Below the pieces are notes generated by a model. It was not told where the DNA came from and did no database searches. It saw nothing but the letters and a program-made list of their open reading frames with translations. A program made the position numbers and the translations under genes. 64,000 nt of DNA from a bacterium (lineage in GTDB: Bacteria > Patescibacteriota > Minisyncoccia > Phycocordibacterales > VMGT01). The stretch covers positions 4,301 through 68,300 of the forward strand of contig JAUYPI010000008.1 of the NCBI GenBank assembly GCA_030697645.1. The letters run 5' to 3'. Positions 1 to 9,056 of this stretch are shown here, in pieces (positions within the stretch are counted from its first letter, which is position 1; each line of letters starts with the position of its first letter).

Positions 1-113
1 CCGACAAGCCGCGGCAGCTTGCAAAGTCGGTGACGGTGGAGTAGCTCTCTTCATCCCTGGCTTATCAACAGCCCTCGCCGTTGTTCCTCTGACCCGCGTG
101 CTATACTATCCGC

Positions 114-368
114 ATGAATGACTCGCTCATTCATGCGGATGCTTTCTTTTTTACGACAACCGTAGCGGTGGTGCTGGTCGCACTTGGGCTCCTCGTGGTG
201 CTTTTCTATCTGATTCGCATCATGCGCGACGCCTCGCAGCTTGCGCGGCGTATGCGAGAGGAAGGCGACGCAATCGCCGATGGCGCAGGGCGATTCCGGC
301 GCACCGTGACGCAATTTTTTGTGCGCACGTCGAGGCGTGCGCGCGGTCGAAAGATACATCATCAGTAG
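114..368 (+). CDS. Small single-pass membrane protein (DUF948-like)
   Basis: One hydrophobic segment followed by a helical region; TG-n-TATACT box 6 nt upstream of ATG. Confidence 0.6.
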   Translation: MNDSLIHADAFFFTTTVAVVLVALGLLVVLFYLIRIMRDASQLARRMREEGDAIADGAGRFRRTVTQFFVRTSRRARGRKIHHQ

Positions 369-379
369 GGTTTATTTTT

Positions 380-802
380 ATGCGACATAAAAAAGCAACG
401 AAAAAACACGCTCGGAGCGTGCGGAGGGCAGAGGCCGCGGGAGTAGGCGCCGGGCTCTCTCTTGCCGCAGCCGCGGCAGGGCTCTACTACCTTGCCGGTA
501 CGCGGCCGGGAAAAAAGGTGCGCCGCACTGTGACGCACATAGCCGAGGATTTGAAACGAGACGTGAGAGGCCGAGTGCGAAAAGTTGGCATCACGACCGA
601 GCGTGCTTATCACCGTCTCGTTGATGAGGCGGCGGGGGCATACGAGCGGGTGAGCGATATAGATACGCGGGAGCTCCGCGCCGCAGCGCGGAAAGTGAAA
701 GGCGAGTGGCGCGCGCTCAGTCGCGACGTCGGCAGCGCGGTGAAAAAGGCACGCCGTGTCGCGAAGCGCGTCGGGGCGAGTCGCAAGGGGGCACGAAGGT
801 AG
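380..802 (+). CDS. YtxH-like small basic protein
   Basis: GAGLSLAAAAAGLYYL followed by 'GKKVR' pattern typical of YtxH-like proteins. Confidence 0.55.
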   Translation: MRHKKATKKHARSVRRAEAAGVGAGLSLAAAAAGLYYLAGTRPGKKVRRTVTHIAEDLKRDVRGRVRKVGITTERAYHRLVDEAAGAYERVSDIDTRELRAAARKVKGEWRALSRDVGSAVKKARRVAKRVGASRKGARR

Positions 803-820
803 CACGGATGTACGCGTTTG

Positions 821-857
821 ATCCCCCTCCGACATTCGATGTCGGAGGGGGGGGGAT
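821..857. terminator. GC-rich hairpin with GACATTCGATGTC core, possible terminator or REP-like element
   Basis: CCCCCTCCGACAT-tcg-ATGTCGGAGGGGG inverted repeat just after the stop at 802. Confidence 0.5.
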
Positions 858-1113
858 AACCATGTACTCGTACGGAACGCCCGGCTATTGTTATGGTAGT
901 GCGACGATGCCAGCTTTGGCATCTCGTATCCACAGCATGAGCATGCGTTATGGATATCTTTTCTATAGACAGCAGCATATCTGAATCGTTTCCCGACGAT
1001 CTCAAGGCGCAGCTGTGGGCACTTTGCCTCGATCGGGGAAACATGATTCAATACCTATCGGCGTGAGGTACAGGAACAGCAATGGAAAATCATTCGGGCG
1101 GAAGGAGGTTCCG

Positions 1114-1599
1114 ATGGAGAAGCCTAAAGGCGCAAGCATGTTCTTTATCAACCGAGAGGACAACATCCTGCTCTTTTTACGGGATAAGTATCCTATCGTA
1201 CCCAAGGATAAATATCCGAATATGTGGGACGTGCTCGGCGGGCACGTTGAGGATGAAAGCCCGCTTGAGTGCATCAGGCGCGAGATGCAGGAAGAGCTCG
1301 GGTTGTATATTAGCATGCCGTTGCTGCTCGGTGTTATTGAGTTTCCTGACAGGACGGACCATGTTTTTTGTGAATTCCTGTGGAACGATGATGTGAATCG
1401 ACTAAACAAAAAACTTACAGAGGGTCAGCGTGTCTGTTGGTTTGGCCTTGATGAGATCCGCAAGATGGATCTGGCCTACGGATGGCAACCCCATGTAATC
1501 GCATTTCTTGAACATAAAAAGCGTGTGCGTAGCGCCGATTTTGATCCGTGCTCGCCCGAACAGGCACTCGCCCGCGACCGAGCTTGGGGTTTTAGGTAG
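1114..1599 (+). CDS. NUDIX hydrolase
   Basis: Nudix box GGHVEDESPLECIRREMQEELG; AGGAGG upstream of ATG 1114. Confidence 0.9.
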   Translation: MEKPKGASMFFINREDNILLFLRDKYPIVPKDKYPNMWDVLGGHVEDESPLECIRREMQEELGLYISMPLLLGVIEFPDRTDHVFCEFLWNDDVNRLNKKLTEGQRVCWFGLDEIRKMDLAYGWQPHVIAFLEHKKRVRSADFDPCSPEQALARDRAWGFR

Positions 1600-1848
1600 T
1601 CTTCGATTTACCAACACTCCATACAGTTCTGAACTCTCATGAGAATGGCCCGCAACAGAAGCGCTGTCTCGGCCATCTCTGACGCAGAGCACTCTCAGAT
1701 ACCGCGCACACTTTGCGTGTAAACCCCGATAGTTCGCTGTCGGGGTTTGTCTTTGGTCTACCTTTGATGCATTTTTTAGCATCGACAGGCGGCTGTGTTT
1801 TAGCATCGGCGTAGCATTTACGCATTGTGCTGGCGTTCGATAGCGCGC

Positions 1849-2023
1849 ACCCATTCAAAATTTCATGCCCTAGCGAAAGGCGTTTTTGAAATGGCGAGCC
1901 GAGTAGCAAAATGCAGCTGTCTGAGGCCGAGCCCCGAGGGGGAGGCCGAGTTCTGCATTTTGCGTCAAGCGAGGCGACACCATTTCTAAACGCCGAAGCT
2001 CGAGCATGAAATTTTGAATGGGT
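1849..2023. repeat. Long nested inverted-repeat (MITE-like) element
   Basis: 20-bp perfect terminal IR ACCCATTCAAAATTTCATGC / GCATGAAATTTTGAATGGGT plus inner IRs GGCGTTT..GAAATGG / CCATTTC..AAACGCC and GCAAAATGCAG / CTGCATTTTGC. Confidence 0.75.
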
Positions 2024-2031
2024 AAGCGCCG

Positions 2032-2040
2032 TTATCCACA
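2032..2040 (+). promoter_or_regulatory. DnaA box (consensus TTATCCACA)
   Basis: Perfect match; other perfect copies at 6107-6115, 6620-6628 and 18939-18947 (reverse). Confidence 0.5.
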
Positions 2041-2078
2041 GGTTGTCCACTTTTTGTGCACAATGAGGCACTTGCGGT

Positions 2079-2126
2079 GTGGGATGTGGTGGCATACACT
2101 TTCCAATAAGTGGGATACGGTGGGAA
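2079..2126 (+). promoter_or_regulatory. Putative MraZ-binding GTGGG repeats
   Basis: GTGGGA copies upstream of mraZ, two of them 10 nt apart (2110 and 2120), matching the known MraZ operator architecture. Confidence 0.6.
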
Positions 2127-2144
2127 GTAATCCCCACTGGTTGT

Positions 2145-2579
2145 ATGTTAATCGGAGAGTATGTGCACACGCTCGATGCGAAAAAGCGGCTGTCACTGCC
2201 GGCTAAATTCCGCAAAGAGCTCGGCAAGCACGTAGTCGTTACGAACGGGCTCGACGGGTGTTTATTTATCTATCCCCTTGCCGCATGGGAGGTCGTCAGC
2301 AAGAAGTTTGCGGCGCTCTCGATGGGGCAGGCGGATAGGCGCTCTTTGAGCCGCTTCATGCTCGCAGGCGCAGTCGAAGGAGAGATAGATGCGGTCGGGC
2401 GTGTGCTCATCCCCGATTTTCTCAAAGAGTTTGCGAAGTTGAAAAACAAAGTGATTGTCGCCGGCGTCTACGACCGTGTCGAGGTGTGGAACGATAAGCT
2501 TTGGCAGGAGTACAAGCGGCGGGTGGAAAGACAGGCGGATACGCTCGCTGAAAAGTTGGGAGACGTCGGAGCTTTATAG
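2145..2579 (+). CDS. mraZ: Division/cell-wall cluster transcriptional repressor MraZ
   Basis: MLIGEYVHTLDAKKRLSLPAKFR and second DxxGR repeat; first gene of the dcw cluster. Confidence 0.97.
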   Translation: MLIGEYVHTLDAKKRLSLPAKFRKELGKHVVVTNGLDGCLFIYPLAAWEVVSKKFAALSMGQADRRSLSRFMLAGAVEGEIDAVGRVLIPDFLKEFAKLKNKVIVAGVYDRVEVWNDKLWQEYKRRVERQADTLAEKLGDVGAL

Positions 2580-2620
2580 ACGTAAAACCGAGCGTCGAGA
2601 TTTTAATGGAGCATTACAGT

Positions 2621-2753
2621 CAAATTTTCAATTTTCAATGCTCAATTTTCAATAAATTTTCAATGTTTCAATGACGGACGACGTTGGCGTCGTGTTTGAA
2701 AATTGATTCATTGGAAAATTGATTGAAAATTGAAAATTGTGAATTGAAAATTG
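2621..2753. repeat. Heptamer fold-back element, family A (AATTTTC)n/(GAAAATT)n
   Basis: Inverted arms of imperfect 7-mers; core GACGGACGACG..CGTCGTGTTT at 2673-2697. Confidence 0.9.
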
Positions 2754-2759
2754 GTACGC

Positions 2760-3647
2760 ATGCACATCCCGGTCTTACTGCACGAAGTTCTCCAGTTCCT
2801 TTCAATTAAAAAAGGCGAGACGGTTCTCGACGCTACCGCGGGCGGCGGCGGGCACACGAGAGCGCTCTCGGATGCAGTCGGCGCGAAGGGAAAAGTCATT
2901 GCGATTGACGCCGACTCGAGCGCGCTCGCGCGGGTGCGCGATGGTCTCCGAGGAGCGGCGTGTCGCGCCGAGTTTATTCACGGAAATTTTCGCGATCTCG
3001 GCGAAATGCTTCAGGGTCGCGGCATCAGTGCGATAGACAAAGCGCTCTTTGACCTCGGTCTCTCGAGCGACCAGCTCGAGTATTCGGGGAGAGGGTTTAG
3101 CTTTGAGCGCGATGAGCCGCTCTTGATGACGTTTGCGGATCGAACGCCCGAGGGTACGCTCACGGCCTACGAGATCGTCAATAGTTGGGGCGAGGGTGAG
3201 CTTGTCGATATCCTGCACGTCTACGGTGAGGAGCGGCGGGCGAGGGGTATTGTGCGGGCAATCGTCGCAGCGCGCAAGATTCGTCCTATTGGAACGACTC
3301 GTGAGCTCGTGCGCGTGATTGAGGGTGTTGCGCCGCCGCGAGAGATGGGGCGCATCCATCCGGCGACGAAAACATTCCAGGCGCTGCGTATAGCGGTCAA
3401 TGATGAGATTGGCGCGCTTGAGGAAGGGCTCGACGCGGCGTTTAAGGCCCTGCGAGCAGGCGGAAGAATGGCGGTCATCTCATTCCACAGCATCGAGGAC
3501 CGAACAGTCAAGCACTACTTTGCTGACCTCGCGCGATCCGGCAGAGTGAACCTTTTAACAAAAAAACCAATCACGCCGACCGAGACGGAAGTCTCCACCA
3601 ACCGCCGTTCACGGAGTGCAAAGATGAGGGCGATCGAGAAAGCGTAA
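2760..3647 (+). CDS. rsmH: 16S rRNA m4C1402 methyltransferase RsmH
   Basis: HIPVLLHE, DATAGGGGH, DLGLSSDQL, HPATKTFQALRIAVN, NRRSRSAKMR. Confidence 0.98.
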   Translation: MHIPVLLHEVLQFLSIKKGETVLDATAGGGGHTRALSDAVGAKGKVIAIDADSSALARVRDGLRGAACRAEFIHGNFRDLGEMLQGRGISAIDKALFDLGLSSDQLEYSGRGFSFERDEPLLMTFADRTPEGTLTAYEIVNSWGEGELVDILHVYGEERRARGIVRAIVAARKIRPIGTTRELVRVIEGVAPPREMGRIHPATKTFQALRIAVNDEIGALEEGLDAAFKALRAGGRMAVISFHSIEDRTVKHYFADLARSGRVNLLTKKPITPTETEVSTNRRSRSAKMRAIEKA

Positions 3648-3760
3648 AGTGTAAAACGAAAAACGCAAAACAACAACGCAAAACCTAAAACAGAACGAAC
3701 ACAGCAGCCGTTTTGAATTTTGTACTGTTGTTTTTCGCTTTTGCTTTGCATTTTTCGTTG
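3646..3760. repeat. Low-complexity fold-back element (A-rich left arm, T-rich right arm)
   Basis: (CGCAAAA/CGAAAAA)-type repeats mirrored by (TTTTTCG/TTTTGC) repeats between rsmH and ftsL. Confidence 0.65.
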
Positions 3761-3779
3761 CTGACGTCTGACGTTAGGT

Positions 3780-4145
3780 ATGTCCCATAGATTAACTAGA
3801 TCAAATCAGTCTCATAGTCGAGTTATCGCACTCGCCTACTCTCGCGCGCTGCCGCTCGGTCTTCTTGTCATACTATGCGGTCTTGCGCTGCTGGCGCTCG
3901 CTTCCTATGGGTACTATTTGAATAAGGCCGTCGAGTATGCGTCGTTGCGCGCATCAAGCGAGGAGGAGCGCTCACGGCTCTCTGCGGTGGTCGCCCATCT
4001 TGAGGCTAAGCGCGCTCTGCTCGTCGCCTCGCTTACCCTCGATCGTGCCCGCGAGCTCGGCCTTCTCGAGGCCGCATATCCGATCTTCCTCACCCGCGGC
4101 GAGGAGAGGACGTTGTCGCTTGCTGCAGGCACTGAAGGATTGTAA
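3780..4145 (+). CDS. ftsL: Cell division protein FtsL-like
   Basis: Single TM plus coiled coil ending 'ARELGL'; located between rsmH and the PBP gene. Confidence 0.7.
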   Translation: MSHRLTRSNQSHSRVIALAYSRALPLGLLVILCGLALLALASYGYYLNKAVEYASLRASSEEERSRLSAVVAHLEAKRALLVASLTLDRARELGLLEAAYPIFLTRGEERTLSLAAGTEGL

Positions 4146-4153
4146 GCAAATTT

Positions 4154-4232
4154 GAGCTTTTAGCTTATAGCTGTTAGCTTTTAGCACGACGTCGGAGCCT
4201 CTCAAGAGCTAACAGCTATAAGCTAAAAGCTT
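4154..4232. repeat. Heptamer fold-back element, family B (AGCTTTT/AGCTGTT)n/(AGCTAAA)n
   Basis: Inverted 7-mer arms, core AGCACGACGTCG at 4183-4194; a left arm alone occurs at 5992-6022. Confidence 0.9.
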
Positions 4233-4244
4233 GTACACCGTGGT

Positions 4245-5987
4245 ATGGTTGTTCCCCCGAAGCGCTCGGCCCCTGTGAAGGTGAAGTCGCGCAGTACACG
4301 TCTCGCAATTCTCTCCACTTCGCTCTGCATTGCCGCGCTTGCGCTCGTCCTCCGGCTCTATATGGTGCAGATCGTGCGCGGCGAAGAATTCGCCGAGCGC
4401 GCTGACCGACAGTACGTGCGTCCGCAGTCGCTCTTCGACCGCGGTTCTATTTTTTTTACCGCGCGCGACGGCGAGCGCGTCGCTGCGGCGACGCTTGGAA
4501 GCGGGTTTGCTGTTGCGATCTCCCCGGACGCGATCGTCGACCCCGAGGCGACGTTCTTGAAACTCTCGAGCACTCTTCCTGAGCTCTCTCGCGACGAGTT
4601 TCTTTCGCGCGCATCACGCCGGGGCGATCCGTACGAGCGCATTGCGGAGAAGCTCACCGAGGGCGAAGCCTCAACGATCCGCGCGATGGAGCTTCCGGGG
4701 GTCACGATCGAGCGCGATCGTTGGCGTATATACCCGGGTGGCGCGGGCGCTGCGCATGCGCTGGGCTTTATTGGTTTTGAAGGAGATGAAAGGAAGGGCC
4801 GCTACGGACTCGAACGCTACTATGAGGACGTGCTTGGGCGCAGCGAAGGTGCGCTCGCGGTTAACTTTTTTGCCGAACTTTTCGCCGGGGCAGGCACGGC
4901 GCTCCGCGGTGCGGAGCATGCGCGTGGCGATCTTGAACTCACCATCGAGCCGTCGGTCGAGGCGGCGCTGGAGAGGGAGCTTGCGGAAGTTACCGCAACG
5001 TGGCATACAGCGGGTACTGGCGGGATTATCATGGATCCGAAAACAGGGGCCGTCATGGCGATGGCTGCGGAGCCGACGTTTAATCCCAATGAATTTGCAG
5101 AGGCCGATTCTGCTTCATTCGCAAATCCGTTGGTCGAACATGTATTCGAGATGGGCTCAATAATTAAACCCCTGACTCTTGCCGCCGGGCTCGATGCCGG
5201 TGTTATAACCCCGGAGAGCACGTACTATGACGCCGGTTCGCTCACGCTCGACACCTGGACGATTTCAAACTTCGACGGCAAGGGGCGCGGCAGAGTCTCG
5301 ATGCAGACGGTGCTGAACGAGTCTTTGAACACGGGCGCTGCGTATGTCGCCTTGAAGCTCGGCAGTGCCCGCTTTGCCGAGTATTTTCGCCGATACGGCC
5401 TCGGCGAGGAAACCGGCATAGACGTGCCGAATGAAACGCGGGGCCTCCTCGGCAACCTCGACAGCCCCCGCTCGATTGAGTACGCGACCGCATCTTTCGG
5501 GCAAGGGATCGCGCTCACCCCTATCGGCACCGCACGCGCGCTCGCCTCGCTTGCAAACGGAGGGCTGCTCGTCACGCCTCATGTCGTCGCACGGGTAGCG
5601 ACAGACCTCGGCGTCGCGCAGAGCGCGCCGGCCGCCCATCCACCCGAGCGCATCCTCTCCGCAAAAGCTGCCGAGGAGATCACGCGCATGCTGGTGAAAG
5701 TCGTTGACGAGGCGCTCGTCGGTGGTGCTGCGAGCCTGCCGCACTACTCTATCGCGGCAAAAACAGGCACCGCCCAGATTGCAAATTCAGAGGACGGCGG
5801 CTATTATGAAGACAGGTTCCTCCACGCATTTTTTGGCTATTTTCCGGCGTACGATCCGCGTTTCCTCATTTTTTTCTACGCACGGGAGCCGCAGGGCGTA
5901 CGGTACGCCTCCCAGACGCTCACCACGCCGTTTATGGACCTTGCGAGATTTCTGATCGGGTATTATGAAATAGCGCCGGACCGCTAA
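4245..5987 (+). CDS. ftsI: Class B penicillin-binding protein (FtsI/PBP2 type)
   Basis: N-terminal TM, GRYGLE, SxxK (GSIIKP), SLN, KTGT motifs. Confidence 0.93.
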   Translation: MVVPPKRSAPVKVKSRSTRLAILSTSLCIAALALVLRLYMVQIVRGEEFAERADRQYVRPQSLFDRGSIFFTARDGERVAAATLGSGFAVAISPDAIVDPEATFLKLSSTLPELSRDEFLSRASRRGDPYERIAEKLTEGEASTIRAMELPGVTIERDRWRIYPGGAGAAHALGFIGFEGDERKGRYGLERYYEDVLGRSEGALAVNFFAELFAGAGTALRGAEHARGDLELTIEPSVEAALERELAEVTATWHTAGTGGIIMDPKTGAVMAMAAEPTFNPNEFAEADSASFANPLVEHVFEMGSIIKPLTLAAGLDAGVITPESTYYDAGSLTLDTWTISNFDGKGRGRVSMQTVLNESLNTGAAYVALKLGSARFAEYFRRYGLGEETGIDVPNETRGLLGNLDSPRSIEYATASFGQGIALTPIGTARALASLANGGLLVTPHVVARVATDLGVAQSAPAAHPPERILSAKAAEEITRMLVKVVDEALVGGAASLPHYSIAAKTGTAQIANSEDGGYYEDRFLHAFFGYFPAYDPRFLIFFYAREPQGVRYASQTLTTPFMDLARFLIGYYEIAPDR

Positions 5988-6133
5988 TTTTGAGCTTTTA
6001 GCTTGTAGCTGTTAGCTTTTAGACCGTTTGTTTCGATAAATTTTCGCAAACCTGTGTCATTTTGGTATATACAACGCTTGCATAACGTCAAGCTGCTGCT
6101 GCGATGTTATCCACAGCGGCGTTATTTGCGCCT

Positions 6134-6598
6134 ATGCCTCTCCACATAAAAATCATTACCCCCGAGCGCGTGGTGCTTGAGGAAGATGTTGACTCGCTTT
6201 CGCTTCCGACGCCGGATGGCGAGATCACCGTGCTGCCGAACCATCGGCCGCTTGTGTCTCTGCTTGCGACCGGAGCGATGACGTTGCGGAAAGGCGGAGA
6301 AGAATCACACCTTGCCTCTTCCGGCGGCTTTGTCGAGATTCTGCCGGACTCCGAAGTACGCATCCTCGCCGACTCTGCAGAGCGCGCCGAGGAACTTGCG
6401 CTCGAGAAGGTGGAGGAAGCGCGGGTACGTGCCGAGGAGGCGCTCCAAGGCAAGCGGTTCGCCGACGAGGGTGGCCACGCGGCGCTCCTCGGGTCCCTCG
6501 AGCGCGAGCTCGCGCGGCTCAAAGTGCTGCGGCGATCTGCGAGAGTTCGTAGACAGCAGCACGAAGACATGCATACGGGAGGATCAGTGCAGGAATAA
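6134..6598 (+). CDS. atpC: F1Fo ATP synthase epsilon subunit
   Basis: KIITPER..LPTPDGEITVLPNH..GGFVEI..ILADSAE pattern. Confidence 0.93.
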   Translation: MPLHIKIITPERVVLEEDVDSLSLPTPDGEITVLPNHRPLVSLLATGAMTLRKGGEESHLASSGGFVEILPDSEVRILADSAERAEELALEKVEEARVRAEEALQGKRFADEGGHAALLGSLERELARLKVLRRSARVRRQQHEDMHTGGSVQE

Positions 6599-6645
6599 GA
6601 AATTGTCTGGAATCCGTTTTTATCCACATGTCATTAACGAATAGA

Positions 6646-6683
6646 ATTTGCAATAACCATGCGACCGCATTGTTATTGCAAAT
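6646..6683. repeat. 38-bp palindrome, copy 1
   Basis: ATTTGCAATAACCATGCGACCGCATTGTTATTGCAAAT; near-identical copies at 35844 and 61962. Confidence 0.9.
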
Positions 6684-6696
6684 CTCTTAAAACCAC

Positions 6697-7143
6697 ATGG
6701 CGCAACATTACACCTGTCCTGCCGTCGTTTTTCTCTGTATTGATTGGCGTCTCCATCCGGACGCCGATAATTATTTTCGCGAGAAATTCGGGAGCTTTGA
6801 TCCGCCGACGACCGCGGGCGGCATCAAAGATTTTTTTGCCGAGGACGGAGGCGAAGGCTACCTTGTGAGCCAGCTCGTAAAGTCAATCCTGCTCCACGAC
6901 CCGGAGGAGATCGTGCTCACGATCCACACGGACTGCGGCGCTTATGGCGGCTCCAAGGCATTCGACTCGCGCGAGGATGAGCTTGCGCACCATCGCCGTG
7001 AGCTTGCGCGCACCGCGGCGCTCATTCTAGAGAAGTACCCGGCGAAGCACATCTCAACGTACATCCTCGACCTCGCCCCAGCCGAGAGTGGCTGGCACAC
7101 CAGGGCGATTCCGGTTACGACGGAGATGCCCGCATCCATTTAG
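6697..7143 (+). CDS. Beta-class carbonic anhydrase-like protein
   Basis: Zn ligands CxDxR (CIDWR) and HxxC (HTDCG). Confidence 0.8.
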   Translation: MAQHYTCPAVVFLCIDWRLHPDADNYFREKFGSFDPPTTAGGIKDFFAEDGGEGYLVSQLVKSILLHDPEEIVLTIHTDCGAYGGSKAFDSREDELAHHRRELARTAALILEKYPAKHISTYILDLAPAESGWHTRAIPVTTEMPASI

Positions 7144-7344
7144 CACGAGAGTGTTAGCAGCTTCTCTTTGATTCAGTTATACCGTCGCAGTCTTCGCTCT
7201 CGCGGACACCACGCGGTTTGGCATGAAAACGATTACGACGTAGTAGTCCGTCCGTCATGCCGCAGAGCTTGCTTGGCGGTTCGTGATTTTGGAAATTGTC
7301 TTCCAAATTGGAGCTTTGGAACTTGGAAATTCGACTTTTGCCCC

Positions 7345-7887
7345 ATGCCTTTTCTCGAAACACACATTGAAGCCATACTATTTTACGTTACCGAACCCAT
7401 GTCGGTCGGCGAGTTAGCATGCCTGTTTGCATGTACGACTGCGGAGATAGAAATAGCGCTCACGGCGCTCGATGCCGCGCTTGCGGAGCGTGGAGTGCGG
7501 TTGGTGCGAATCGGCGAGAGCGTCGAGCTCCGCGCCGCGAGAGAGGCTGCGCCGCTCATTGAGAAACTCCGGCAGGACGAACTCTCGCGCGAGCTCTCGC
7601 GCGCTTCGCTTGAAACGCTCGCGGTCGTACTCTACCAGGGCCCGGTGACGCGATCCGAGATCGAGTATATCCGCGGCGTGCAGTCGCAGAGCTCAATCCG
7701 GTTGCTCGCGGGCCGCGGGCTCATTCAAAAAATATCGGAGTATGGGAGCAAACGCGGCACCTTCTATCGCGCGACCACCGAGGCGCTGGCGCATGTTGGG
7801 TTGAGTAGGGTAGAGGAGTTGCCCGACTACGAGAAGACGCAGGCAGTATTAAAGCAAAACGGGCGTGAAGAAGTGCAGGCATTTTAA
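7345..7887 (+). CDS. scpB: SMC-Scp complex subunit ScpB
   Basis: IEAILF, LSRASLETLAVVLY.GPVTRSEIEYIRGV, LP motif near the C-terminus. Confidence 0.95.
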   Translation: MPFLETHIEAILFYVTEPMSVGELACLFACTTAEIEIALTALDAALAERGVRLVRIGESVELRAAREAAPLIEKLRQDELSRELSRASLETLAVVLYQGPVTRSEIEYIRGVQSQSSIRLLAGRGLIQKISEYGSKRGTFYRATTEALAHVGLSRVEELPDYEKTQAVLKQNGREEVQAF

Positions 7888-7931
7888 ATTCGACATTGCG
7901 TCTCATTGAGATGCCACAGTATACTGGCGCT

Positions 7932-8903
7932 ATGCGTAAAAGCCTTGCCCAACTCAATCTTCCGCGCTACTGCAGCGAGCTCGGTGTGCCGCTTGCGTCC
8001 TGCCCGCCGTTTCTTTTTATCATCATGGGCGTCGTGGTTATCGGCGCGATACTCGGTACGTACGCGGTGGCGCAGCGGTACGCAGAACCCGAGATTGCGG
8101 TGCTCATCATGCTTGCGCTCGCCGCGTTTCTGTTTGTCGTCGGGTACCTTATCATTGGCGCGTTTGAAAAATTGGCCGATTCGCGAGCGCGCGAGCGTCG
8201 TCAGGCCACCGAACTTCTCACGCTGAAGGATCAATTTGTGTTCCTCGCTGCCCACGAGCTCCGCGCACCGGCAACGGCAATCAAATGGGCGGTTGAATCC
8301 CTCGAGACCAACACACCAGAACTGGTCTCCAAAAATAAAGAGGAAATCCGACTGATTGTGCAAAATACGATGCGCCTCTTGGGCCTCGTGCATGATATTC
8401 TCGAGACTGCGCGGCTCGAGAGTCAGGCGCTGCGCATTTCTCTCCAGCCGACGCAACTCGGTGATATTATAGAGCAGGCGACCTCTTCAGTGCGTAATCT
8501 TGCTCAGGCACATGGAGTTACCGTTGTCTCCCGGTTGGAGGGGAATGTACCGCGTGTCAGTGCGGACCCCCTGCGACTTGGCGCGGTGTTCACCAATCTT
8601 CTTTCGAACGCGATTAAGTTTAGCGAACGCGGCAGCGAGGTTGAGATTACGGCGCTCACGAGTGAGAAGACCGTCGCCGTGGACGTCGTTGACCACGGGG
8701 TGGGTATCGCGAAGGACGACCAACCACACATTTTTGAAAAATTTTGGCATGGCGTCGGAACGATCGTATCGGTGGAACACAGCGGCCTTGGCCTTTTTAT
8801 CACGAAACAGCTCGTCCAACTTATGGGGGGTTCGATACGATTCGCCTCGGAGCAGGGCGAAGGTTCGACGTTCACCGTTGAGCTCAAGCGCGCGGAGGGG
8901 TGA
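7932..8903 (+). CDS. Membrane sensor histidine kinase
   Basis: Two TMs, H-box AAHELRAP, N-box NLLSNAIKF, G1 DHGVGI, G2 SGLGL. Confidence 0.93.
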   Translation: MRKSLAQLNLPRYCSELGVPLASCPPFLFIIMGVVVIGAILGTYAVAQRYAEPEIAVLIMLALAAFLFVVGYLIIGAFEKLADSRARERRQATELLTLKDQFVFLAAHELRAPATAIKWAVESLETNTPELVSKNKEEIRLIVQNTMRLLGLVHDILETARLESQALRISLQPTQLGDIIEQATSSVRNLAQAHGVTVVSRLEGNVPRVSADPLRLGAVFTNLLSNAIKFSERGSEVEITALTSEKTVAVDVVDHGVGIAKDDQPHIFEKFWHGVGTIVSVEHSGLGLFITKQLVQLMGGSIRFASEQGEGSTFTVELKRAEG

Positions 8904-8943
8904 GTTGAGAGAGTAGAAAGTGGAGGGTGAAAAGTAGAACGCG

Positions 8944-8973
8944 CTGCCCCGCTACTTTTTGGTAGCGGGGCAG
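8944..8973. terminator. Hairpin between convergent genes
   Basis: CTGCCCCGCTAC-tttttg-GTAGCGGGGCAG. Confidence 0.6.
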
Positions 8974-9056
8974 ATGTGTAAAGATTTATGAGCTCTGCTT
9001 CTGTGGGACCGCCAGGTCGTAGAGCTTGAATAGTTCTACGTGGCACTCTGCAGCGC

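Noticed and set aside
2032-6628. Replication origin from DnaA boxes
   Set aside because: Boxes are scattered singly over kilobases; no dense cluster, unwinding element or dnaA/dnaN here.
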